Source: Veleropilina oligotropha (lineage: Eukaryota). Taken from it: DNA of 39,338 bases. Shown here piece after piece: positions 24,091 to 35,200 of the stretch (within the stretch, counting starts at the first letter, position 1; every line of letters starts with the position of its first letter). The position numbers and the translations under genes were made by a program. The DNA lies in assembly GCA_048128005.1 (NCBI GenBank), contig JBEUKZ010000036.1, positions 496,001 through 535,338 of the forward strand, read 5' to 3'. A model generated the notes under the pieces. That model had not been told where the DNA came from, made no database searches, and saw nothing but the letters and a program-made list of their open reading frames with translations.

Positions 24091-25230
24091 TTAAAAACGA
24101 CGAGCCATTATTGTAGATAGAATTTGTAGAAGTGGTAGTATAATCTGTGGCAGCGTAGCGCCCTCTACTTCCGGTCAGAACGCTCCCTGAACGCAACGTC
24201 AACGCGACCTAATGTTGCCTCATCGTAATCCAATGTTGCCTGATCGTAACCCGATGTTGCCCAATTACGGCGATCTATGAACGCGCCTAATCGTACCGTT
24301 GATCGCCCAAGTGAGAAGCCGCCTTAACTCGTCATATCTCATTCAATAAAGCATGGAACTGCATGACATTTTCAGGACTTGTAGATTGCTATTTGCTTCC
24401 TTATCAGTGTAAATTATGTGACTCTATGCTATGTAAAAGAAACATGGACAAGTCAACTTAGAAAAGCGTAAAGTCATAACCGAACTGTGGGAGCTTCTAA
24501 AAAGTGGGATGCGTTTCAGGGCATACAATGCCCTTTAAAGTAGTGGTATGCCTCAATGTAAAATTAAAATATGTTTAATTGGCTAAATGATATTCGAAGC
24601 GGGTGGTGTCCACCATTTTGTTTCGCGAAACTAACCGACTTAGGCTACAGCAGTGGCGTAGGTACTCCTATAACATATGAGACCGGGTTGACGTGCCTTT
24701 CATACCATGAACAATAGCAGGCTCTAGCGTTGTTGGAGTATGGCGTAGGAAGCAATTTTGGATTGGGGGGGGGGGGGGGGGGCTAAGACAGAAAAGGGCA
24801 CTTTGCATAACTGATTTTAAATAAAGGTAATTTTGAGACGTACAATGGTGCGTATGTATGTGTGATGGCTGTGGGGGTTGAGGATTATTTTTCAAATAGA
24901 AATATGAAGGGAGTCAAATTATGCCATCAATGGTCCGCGTGGGGGTGGGCCCCCACGCAGAAGAAAATTTTGACACTTAACATTGTGAAACCCCATCTAA
25001 TGTGCTATTTCTTGCCAACATCTTTGAATCCTTTTTACCACTCTGTAAACGTTTTCAATTTGAAAGATAGGCCTAAGCCGTTTTTGAAATATAATATACA
25101 GCTGTATATATGACCAGGGACTACAAAATTGAGCGGACATGATGGTCATCAGGCCTTTGAAGGGCCTTACGTGATCGAAATATTCTATCAATGGCCCGCG
25201 TCGTGGGACCCCGTTCCCCCCGGGAAGAGA

Positions 25231-25440
25231 TTTTGACAAATAACCGTGCGAAACAACCTCTCCTGTATTCTGATGATGTAAATGTGATATTTCTTAACAA
25301 CATTTACGATTCATTCCACCACTCCATAGAAGAAATTTTTGACACAATTAACCGTGCGAAACACCCTCTCCTGTATTCTGATAATGTAATTATCATATTT
25401 CTTAACAATATTTACGAATCATTTCACCACTTCATAAAAG
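25231..25440 (+). repeat. Two-copy ~110-bp tandem duplication
   Basis: TTTTGACA...TAACCGTGCGAAACA.CCTCTCCTGTATTCTGAT...ATATTTCTTAACAA.ATTTACGA occurs twice. Confidence 0.85.
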
Positions 25441-27562
25441 GTGTATGCATGTAATAGCCTCATGCCCAGTCTGCTGTACAATAATTATACTCCCTAGAAT
25501 GATGACTCTGAAGATGCAGATATTGCACGTGTGATAAAAGCGATGAACTCTGATATACTTGAAGTGTTCTGTCTAGGGGCATCAGTAAAATATTGGGGGT
25601 GAAATACCCCCTTATGTTATAAAAATCGCACAATTGTATAAAGTGGGCATGGTTGATCGAGAGCAGATTTTGCTCGAAAACGGATTTTGATATAATATGG
25701 ACTGTAAAAATCAATTCTGGAGATGGTGCACACATCAAAACTCTGAAGTCGGATATATACTTTGAGTCTGGTTAAGGGCATCAATAAAAAATGAGGTTTT
25801 TAATTAAACCTAATATTAGTTAAAACATACTTACGTCCTTACTCTTGCCATAATAGTCATATTATCGCCAACCGGAAACAGTGAATAAAGTCACATTTAG
25901 GCACTTATTAAGTCAAAACGTACCACGATTACCTCCCCTGCTCCCGCTCTCTAAGTTCCCACGGCGAGATCTCGCCAAGTCTCGCGAGATATCCGAGCTC
26001 GAGATCACAAGACCTCAATTCAAAGTTCAGAACCCCAAAGGAACTTAGTAGAGGGGAGGAATGCGAAACGCAGGGTGGGTAATCGTGGTAAGGACGTAAG
26101 TATGTTTTAACTAATATTAGGTTTAATTAAAAACCTCATATGTAGTTACAAACTTACTTACGTCCTTACTCTTGCCAGAATAACCTTGGATAGGTGGGTA
26201 AGAAGTTCCTTACAACAACCCAAACAAGATAATGACTTACTTTTCACCATTTCAATCAGCTCGAAGCGTCGATTGAGTCCGCCCAGAGTGGAATTTACTG
26301 AGTATTATATTCTACTCTTACCAAGCGAGAATTTCGACCAGTGTTACCGGGAGAATACGCTGTGGTGTTAGTCGGACGAGGTGAACGGAAGTGCAATCAG
26401 CCCCAGGCACGGCCGGAAGGATGAATCCTTGTAGGCCTTACGTGTCATGGGCCAGTGGCAGCCAAATGGTACTCCTGGCCAAAGGCCGGTAGCCAGAGGA
26501 TGCAGTCGGATTTGTAAGCACACGGAACCTAATAGGTTGTGAAAGCGTGAAATCAAAAGCAAAGAATTAATAGATTAAATAAATAATCGATATTAATAAT
26601 TGATTCGCATGACCAACTTGCGAAACGCTAACATGTAAGACATGTTACTTAAAATAAATTTTAAGGAAGCAAATATTAAAAATTTTTCAATGTATTGAAC
26701 ATCGTATGTTCGATAACAGCATAGAACATCAATAATATTGAACCTCAAAAATCCTATAAGATTTTCGCAATATAATTGTTTATTAATTCAATGTAATCTG
26801 GATTGTCAATATACTCAGGTATGACATGAAGTACAAAATCTTAAAATGTTTTTAAGAAATGAACAGACATTGAATCGCCTCATATGTGTCTATGTCATAG
26901 AACAGCTAGGCCAACAAATAACAATGCGACAGCATGAATTATGTAAATTGATCAATCAAGAAACAATACTCACTGATTAGACGACCTCGGTCTAACAATA
27001 CATCGTTGAGCAGTTACTATGTAGACTGCACAATCCATCAGCCGCATGGAATAATCCCACAGAAAAGGCTTAATAAAGACATTTTGAGAAGCAACGCTGA
27101 GATGTGTATCCACGAAAGCACGGACCTCGTGCGCGCGGATCGATACAATAGTGCGTGCGGCCTACTTTTCACAGCGAGAGTAGTCTCTCACTACCTGTGA
27201 AAACCTCCGCGAAACAGTCGTCTACATAATGTCGTGGATATAACCAGGTAAATACGAATAAAATGAGGTTTTTAAGTAAACCTAATATTAGTATAAAACA
27301 TACTTACGTCCTTACCCTTGCCATAATAGTCATATTATCGCTAACCGGAAATAGTGAATAATGTCACATTAAGCACTCCTTTTAAGTCAAATACACCACG
27401 ATCACCTCCCCTGCTCCCCCTCTCCTAAGTTCCCCCAGCGAGATCTCGCCAAGTCTCGCGAGACTTCCGAACCATCGAAGTCCCAAGGCCTCAATTCAAA
27501 GTTCAGAACCCCAAAGGAACTTAGTAGAGGGGAGGAATGCGAAACGCAGGGTGGGTAATCGT

Positions 27563-27654
27563 GGTAAGGACGTAAGTATGTTTTATACTAATATTAGGTT
27601 TACTTAAAAACCTCATATGTAGTTACAAACATACTTACGTCCTTACTCTTGCCA
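27563..27654. other. DIRS internal complementary region (ICR) spelling the circle junction
   Basis: ...AAAAACCTC-AT-ATGTAGTTACAAAC... joins the element's right end to its left end. Confidence 0.8.
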
Positions 27655-28499
27655 GAATAACCTTGGATAGGTGGGTAAGAAGTTCCTTACAACAAACCCA
27701 AACAAGATAATGACTTACTTTTCACCATCAGCATTTGAAGCGTCGATTGTGTCCGCCCAGAGTGGAATTTTACTGAGTATTATATTCCACTCTTACCAAG
27801 TGAGAATTTCGACCAGTGTTACCGGGAGAATACGCCGTGGTGTTAGTCGGACGAGGTGAAGCGGAAGTGCACTCAGCTCCAGGCACGGCCGGAAGGATGA
27901 ATCCTTGAAGGTCTTACGTGTCATGGACCAGTGGCAGCCAAATGGTACTCCGGCCTAAAGGCAGGCAGCCAGAAGGAAGCAGTCGGATTTGTAAGCACAT
28001 GGAACCTTGGTTAGGCTGTGAATATATCAAATCTTAAGCAAAGAATTAATAGATTATTTATAATAATCGATATTAATAAGTGATTCGCATGACCAACGTG
28101 CGAATAGCTAACATGTACGACATGTCACTTAAATTAATTTTTAAGGAAGCAAATGTGTACGACATATTACTTAAAATAAATTTTAAGGAATCAAATATTA
28201 AAATTTTTTCAATGTATTGAACATCGTATGTTCGATTACAGCATAGAACATCAATAATATTGAACCTTAAATCCTTTAAGATTTTTGCAATATTATATAG
28301 TTGATTTATTAAATTCAAGTGATCTGGCTTGTCAAAATACTCAGGTATGACATGAAGTACAAAATCTTAAAATGTTTTTAAGAAATGAACAGACATTGAA
28401 TCGCCTCATATGTGTCTATTTCATAGAACAGCTAGGCCAACAAATAACATTGCGTCAGCAAAATTATGTAAATTGATCAATCAAGAAACAATACTTACT

Positions 28500-29480
28500 G
28501 ATTAGACGACCTCGGTCTAACAATACATCGTTGAGCAGTTACTATGTAGACTGCACAATCCATCAGCCGCATGGAATAATCCCCAGAAAAGGCTTAATAA
28601 AGCCATTTGAGAAGCAGCGCTGAGATGTGAATCTGCGAAAACACGGACCTCGTGTGCGCGGATCGATACAAAAGTGCGTGCGGCCTACTTTTCACAGCGA
28701 GAGTAGTCTCTCACTACTTGTGAAAACCTCCGCGAAACAGTAGTCTACGTAATGTCGCGGATAAGAAGGTAAATACGAATAAAATATATGTAGTTTTCCC
28801 TGCCGCGTATCACGGATCCTGTCGAGGTAGTAACGTAGGCACGCATATGACAGATTCATCGGTCCACATCGGGTCTCTGACCAGCGTAAAGCTAGGGGAT
28901 AACGATATCGGTTGCGTCTTCGATCGGCCGTTGATTCTTGGCGAGGAAACCCAAGATATGACGCCGCATCACCGACCCGTCGACTGGAAACGAACGTCTC
29001 GTAGCTCTGCGGATAGACTATGAAATACGGAACAACGCCTGCCCGACGCTAAGGCGATCAGAAAAAACTGTTTTGTGCGTTAAGTTCCTCATAGAGGTCG
29101 AGAAATGAGAGCGATGTTTCAGGCTGGCCGTATCGTACGGATCGAAATTTTGAGTTCGAAGGATCGCAGAATCCAAATCGTTCGGTCGCTAGGTAGGCTA
29201 ACACGGGCACGGCACTCGCGACCGTTGCCCGATAGCTTTGACGGCGGACACTGACATACCGCGTTCAAAGAGCGACGATAAAAACTCAATAAACTTGTTC
29301 ACAGGGGGCGGAGTATATTGACCTGCCGACTGTGACACCAATCCACGTACTTAATCCATCGGTAGTCATAAACTTTAGTCGTGGAAGCCTTCTCGATCGA
29401 TAGATGCGTAGGGCTGTTGTGCGAGAAATTCCTTTCTTAGCAAGGGATCGTTCGATAACCACCAGGCGTGTAAACGTAAG
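28500..29480 (-). pseudogene. DIRS tyrosine recombinase (inner copy), frameshifted and partly deleted
   Basis: Minus-strand fragments GISRTTALRIYRSRR, KTVF/LIALASGRR, YYLDR and RAHEVR (HxxR). Confidence 0.8.
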
Positions 29481-31290
29481 TCGTTCGGCGATGTTGTAAT
29501 ACACGGCTGCGCGCCTGCATTAACCGGCCCGGTCTCTGCGGGAGCGATAACGGTCGGTCGACGATCAGATCGAGGAGGGTCGGAAACCAAGGTTGCGTGC
29601 GATATAGGGGCGCGATTAGCGTTATCTGCAACGTTCGTTCGATGCCTTCTGTAATACCAGTGTTAGAATGCACGACGGGGGGAAGGCATACGCGGACAGA
29701 TTCTCCCATGTCATTGACAGTGCGGCGACTGCTAGGGCGGCCGGGTCCGGGTACGGGGAGACATACAGAGGTAGTCGGTAATTAAATTCTGTTGCAAACA
29801 GATCGACTTGGGATTGTGACCACCGGCGACAAACGTCCCGAGCTACTCGGCTGTGTAGCGTCCACTCTGTGTGTATTATCTGTGATTTCCGAGAGAGCGA
29901 GTCCGCTCTGACATTCAGCTTTCCCGGGATGTGTCGGGCTCGAATCGTCGAGATGAGGGACATCACTAGGCGGTGTAGGTCTATTGCTCGGTCGCAAAGG
30001 GGACACGAGCGAGTGCCGCCCTGGTGCTGGATGTAAGCGACGACAGTCGTGTTGTCCGTGGCGAGCATTATGTGCTTGTTGCGGAGATGTGACGAGAGGG
30101 ACCGTACTGACAGGTAGACGGCTTCTAACTCTAGGAAGTAGATGTGTCGTCCCTGAAGGTCCGTCGGCCATATGCCTGATGTCTCGTAACTGTCGAGGTG
30201 ACCACCCCAGCCGTCGTTCGAAGCGTCTGTGAACAGGTAAGCGTTCGGCTCTGGCGGGGATATAGGAACCGACTGGTCCGGCAAAGCAGGGTTCAACCAC
30301 ACTGCTGTTGTGCTGGTAAACCAATGCCGAAGATCGATGCGATCCGTCCACTGCCCCGTCCGTTGTATCCAGCGATCCCTGAACGCCTGTTGTAACGGTC
30401 ATTTGTCCATGTGACCCGTCGGTAGCCGGGTCGCTACCGACTCGAAGTGCCCCAGGACAGTGGCCAGTTGTCGCGCTGTAGTTATGTCCGATGACAGGGT
30501 GACTTGGATAACCGCGCGTAGGTTCCGCATACGTTTCTGGGTCGGTTTCGCGGTGTACCGGACCGTATCGAAGTCGACCCCAAGAAACGTAAACGTCGTC
30601 GAGGGCACGAAGCCGGATTTTGTCTCGTTGATCTGAAATCCCAGGCGCTTCGTTGATGACAGGGTAAAGCTCGTAGACCGGAGGCACAGATCTCGGGACG
30701 CCCCGAGGATCAGCCAGTCGTCGAGGTATATATGCACCCTGAGCCCTAGAGAGTGTAGGAAGGCTCCGAGGGCCTGTACTGTTCTCGTGAAGACGTACGG
30801 GGCTGACGATAGACCGAACGGTAGGCACCTGAATGGTAGATCGTCTCCCCGTTTATAAACCGAAGGTACTGATGAGCCGTGATATGCATCGGGACATGCA
30901 GATACGCGTCGGTCAGATCGATAGACGCTGCCCAGTCGCCCGGACGGATGGCCGCTCGTATCTTCGAGAGGGTTTCCTGCTGGACTTTCTCGGTACGAAG
31001 ATATTAGTGAGATACGAGAGATCGAAGATCGGTCGCTAGCGGCCATCGGGATTCGGGACCAGGAAGAAATGGCTGTATTATCCTGGTGTGCTGGGCGGCG
31101 CGGGATATATTGCTCCTTGAGGAGTAGGTCCCGCACTGCCTGGTCTAAGACCGCTCGCTTCTCTCCGTTTAGGAGGCGAGCGTGTCTTGGTGGTGGTGCC
31201 TCGTTTAGGGTCGGATGCCGGTTGAACCAACTTGTATCCGGCACTCACGACGGAGGGACCCAGCTACTGTCTGGTAGTCTAGCCACGGCT
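29440..31290 (-). pseudogene. pol: DIRS pol: reverse transcriptase + RNase H + methyltransferase-like domain (inner copy)
   Basis: LPFGLSSAPYVFT, YLDDWLI, LFTDAS, LELEAV, TDNTTVVAYI, HIPGKLNVRADSLSR, VDLFA...YAFPP; several stops and frameshifts. Confidence 0.92.
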
Positions 31291-31299
31291 GGCTGTACG

Positions 31300-33606
31300 C
31301 TAACAGATACGCTTCCACCGGCGGTAGCTGGGACTGTCGTGTGTGCCGGCAGCCCTAGGGCCGAGGCTTCCCTCTCCCGCTCTGCGTACGGGAGCTTGTT
31401 GGAGGTGCTTGCCTCTTCGGAGTGGGTTAATGGCCGGGGCCTACCACCAGAAGAGGGCCATGCACGCTTGGAAGGCTTCGGGGACCGGGTGGGCCCTGAA
31501 CGCTTCCTCGAGTCGGCGGGTGGACCCCCGGGGGGTGCAGCACCGCCTACTCGATGGTACGGTCCATCAGGTCCGCCGCTCTCTGTCGACGAATTCCGAG
31601 AAATCGTCGGCAAATAGAGTGGTGGCCGAGCAAGGCACGCATCGCAATGAGCGCCGGGTGGCCTCAACTAGCGAGGTGTCTTTCAGGCAAGCGTCCCTAC
31701 GAAGTAGGTGTTACCCAGGACACGTCCCATCTCCAACGCGTTGGTCTCCATAATGGCAGCAACCTCCTGGAGGAAGGACAGGGCAGCCCACGGGCGCCGG
31801 GTCCATCCTCCTGTAATACGGCTATCATCCCGTCTAGGAAAAATCCTGAACGGACGACGGCCGCAGAGCCCATCGGGCGGAGCTCTCGAAAGCTTCCAAG
31901 GCGAACCCAGGAACTCTCGCTACAGAGGGAGTGTGACTGGCGGTCAGTCAACGCAACGCTGCGTCAACACGAACCGGCTCAGTCGCCAGGCACGGACCAG
32001 TACATGCGAACGGGATCGAACGCGAACTGGCCCGGAGGTACCTCCCACTACGGAACCCCGAAGGGTACTCGGTCAGTGGGGAGGACTCCACCGGATTGTG
32101 CCCCCGACTGAGCTTGGTTGTCGAGTCAACACCCGATCAATCAGCCCAGACTGAGGTAAGGAAGAAAGCAAGGGGGCTTCCTTCTCAACAAACCGATGCG
32201 CCGCCGTCCTGTGCTTGACCGGGCCTACATACGCCCGAGTCGGTTCCGGCAGGTCAAGCACCCCGCGAAGTGACGCAACAGCGTCGAGTTCGGCGGGTGG
32301 TGGAGGTCGGCTCCTGCGTGCCTGGAAGACTACCAGCGTCTTCGGGCCCGACCGATACAGGGAGGTCGGAGTGAGTGGAGTCGAGGTCCTCGTCGGAACG
32401 AGGTTCGATCCCCACCACGGAGGCAGGAGCCGTGCTCTGCACCACAGGCAGAGGTGTAGGTACCTGGAGCGGCTAGGAAGCCGGTTGCCAGGCCCGACAT
32501 CGGGACTCGAACTCCGCCGCGAACATAGCCTGGACGTTCTCTAAAGAGAAACCCGGAGGCATGACGGGCGTCGAACTAACAGCCGGTAGTTCGGTCGAAG
32601 TCACCGTGGCGCTAGGTAGACGGGCTGCATGGACAGGTGTAGCCGAGAACCAGGGTCTCGGGACACGTGTCGAGTGGTCGAACCCGAAAGAACGGCCCGG
32701 AGGCGCGTTCGGTGGGCCGGACGACCGGTAGGACTGCGGCAACAGTCCGTATCGGTCTACCACTCTGTTCGCGAGAGGCACGGTCGGAAAACCGCCGTAG
32801 AACCCCTCACCGAACGCAGCCGGTCTGTCCACGTTCTCTAGCGTGACCATCGTGGGTGCACGGGAGAGAACGGGCCCTCTGAAAAGCTTGTGAGCATCGA
32901 GGTTGAGCGGAAAACCCTTAGGGGTAGTCGCGTCGGTCTCGAACGAGGATTCAGGTGTCGCCGATTGTCCGGATCTTAGACCTTCGTAAAGGTGTCCGGC
33001 CTCTTTAAAGGCTTTCTCTGCATTGAGTCTGTCCCCGTCGCTAGACGGAGAGTTTCCTGCAGAAGGACTAACGTTCCCCTGATTCTTCGAGGCCGAAGAA
33101 TAGGAAGGGGATCGTCTGCCCTGCTCAGCTGTTCGCTGCGTTGCCAGATATACCTTGCTAGCCGGCAAGGTATGGTTGGCTGCAGTTACTAGGCCCGGTT
33201 GAGGCGGAACGGTCGGCACTCGGGCCTTTACCTGAATCTGGGGTCCCGGCAAGGGTTCGGTGACTCCCCCAAGAGTCGCGGAGGTTTCGCCGGTAGATCC
33301 GGCGACAGACGGTGTCTTACGCCGGCTGTCGTCCCTGGCCCCTGAAGTCCCTGAAGTAGACAAAGAAGAATTATCCCTTAACTTACCAGTCTCTTCAATC
33401 AGCCCCTTTTCCCGATTAGGGCCCACCGTGGCAGTCGCCCTGGTCGACTTACCCGGGTGGGATAGAACCGCCCACTGTTTTACTGTAAAAAGAAGGCACA
33501 GATCACACTGAAGTTTATAACTACAACTACGGTGAATACGGCATTCCGTGTGTTTATCAAACCCGTGAATTTTCTGGTTACACCCGGAGCTACTGCACCG
33601 GACCAT
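31300..33606 (-). pseudogene. gag: DIRS gag-like ORF1 with N-terminal Cys/His finger (inner copy; open 33606 to 32473, then disrupted)
   Basis: ATG at 33606; MVRCSSSGCNQKIHGFDKHTECRIHRSCSYKLQCDLC followed by a low-complexity S/P/T region; lies upstream of pol. Confidence 0.75.
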
Positions 33607-34573
33607 AGCGGAATACACGGGAGGGTGGTAGTGGGTAGACGGGGTAGGTAAATAGGTATATATATGGTAGTTGTGACTTTTACTACAACAACTCTCAGAA
33701 TTGCCCTGATCTGAAGATCAAAGACCAGGCGATATACCGCAAAAACCCCGAACTGGGAACACCGAGGTCGGGTATTTACCCGACACGACCCGGTAAAAAC
33801 CCCGGCAAATTGACTAGACAAACGGGGGTTCTTTCTTCGAAAAAACCGCCCAGAAAAACACCTGAAAACCTCGTGGATGTTTTTATGTTAGTACAATGGC
33901 GTATTATCCCAGAAACGGCAGGATATCAGAATAACTAAGAGTGATATCTAAACGATCCTGCCTATTAACGACGCTAGAATTTTTATACAATAATAACCAG
34001 CAATAGCGTCGTTAAGGAATTAGCCAATATAATGAGTTACCTGTTTGCCTCAAACAATATCAGATAAAAATACCGACCAGAAATTTCCTTATTACACGAA
34101 ACTTCCCCTCTAAGCGGCCATGCTTTTCCCTGCAACAGCGGCGATGTCGGTTTCAGTTGATTTCAGAACTTCTTCGAAGTTTGTTGATCACAATCTATCT
34201 ATTCACTTGTGTTTGTTATCCACAACACAGGGTATATTCCACAACTTATATTATACTAATATAAGACTTATAGCGTCCTCGATTTAACGTATAAACCAGC
34301 GGACATTCGAAATATTTGCGGAGCAAAAAACACGTCTTTCCGTCTCGGCGGAAAACTTTGAATTGAGGCCTTGGGACTTCGATGGTTCGGAAGTCTCGCG
34401 AGACTTGGCGAGATCTCGCTGGGGGAACATAGGAGAGGGGGAGCAGGGGAGGTGATCGTGGTGTATTTGACTTAAAAGGAGTGCTTAATGTGACATTATT
34501 CACTATTTCCGGTTAGCGATAATATGACTATTATGGCAAGGGTAAGGACGTAAGTATGTTTGTAACTACATAT

Positions 34574-35200
34574 ATACGTACTTTTCCCTGCCGCGTATCA
34601 CGGGTCCTGTCGAGGTAGTAACGCATATGACAGGTTGATCGGTCCACATCGGGTCTCTGACCAGCGTAAAGCATGGGGATAACGATAACGGGTGCGTCTT
34701 CGGTCGGCCGTTGATTCTTGGCGAGGGAACCCAAGATATGACGCCGCATCACCGACCCGTCGACTGGAAACGAACGTCTCGTAGCTCTGCGGAGTCGGGG
34801 CCCATAGGCTAGTACGGGTAGAAGGAGAGCGTTAAGAATGAGAGCGATGTTTCAGGCTGGCGGCCGTATCGTACGGGTCGAAATTTCGAGTTCGAAGGAT
34901 CGTAGAAATCCAAATCGTTCGGTCGCTAGGTAGGCTAACACGGGCACGGCACTCGCGACCGTTGCCCGATAGCTTTGACGGCGGACACTGACATACCACG
35001 TTCAAAGAGCGACGATAAAAACTCAATAAACTTGTTCACAGGGGGGCGGAGTATATTGACCGGCCGGCTGTGACACCAATCCACGTACTTAACCCATCGG
35101 TAGTCATAAACTTTAGTCGGGGAAAGCCTTCTCGATCGGCAGATGCGTAGGGCTGTTGCGCGAGAAATCTTTCTTAGCAAGGGATCGTTCGATAACCGCC
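34574..35200 (-). pseudogene. DIRS tyrosine recombinase, 5' part (outer copy); the C-terminal part continues at ~26990-27262
   Basis: KVYDYRWVKYVDWC and MRYYLDRTRDTRQGK, cut by the inner element's left ITR. Confidence 0.8.

Larger units (their letters stand above)
22607..24324. mobile_element. Internally deleted PIF/Harbinger DNA transposon
   Basis: TIRs AGGCGGCTTCTCAGTTGGACGATCAACGGTACGAT / ATCGTACCGTTGATCGCCCAAGTGAGAAGCCGCCT in a TTAA context. Absent from the homologous site in sister units. Contains convergent 5' remnants of two ORFs. Confidence 0.8.
18110..24440 (+). mobile_element. Third Helentron-like composite unit (unit C), broken by several nested insertions
   Basis: Head ACTAGAACTGCAAGCAGTTATATGGCTTCC at 18110, directly after a 3'-hairpin end (18074-18110). 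Modules 19980-20200, 21930-22600 and 24325-24440 match unit A ~11000-11210, ~11290-11945 and ~11945-12060. Confidence 0.6.
27263..34573 (-). mobile_element. Inner full-length (~7.3 kb) DIRS1-type retrotransposon, coding-defective
   Basis: Left ITR 34354-34573 is the reverse complement of most of right ITR 27263-27503. ICR at 27563-27654. Order gag-RT-RH-MT-YR; no TSD. Confidence 0.92.

Noticed and set aside
24651..24790. CAGTGGCGTAG and a G-run resembling a hAT-MITE end
   Set aside because: No matching opposite terminus or 8-bp TSD found.
25791..28785. 1.5-kb direct repeat read as LTRs, Ngaro-type split direct repeats or a simple tandem duplication
   Set aside because: Explained by the 3' ends of two nested DIRS copies, which have ITR/ICR structure.
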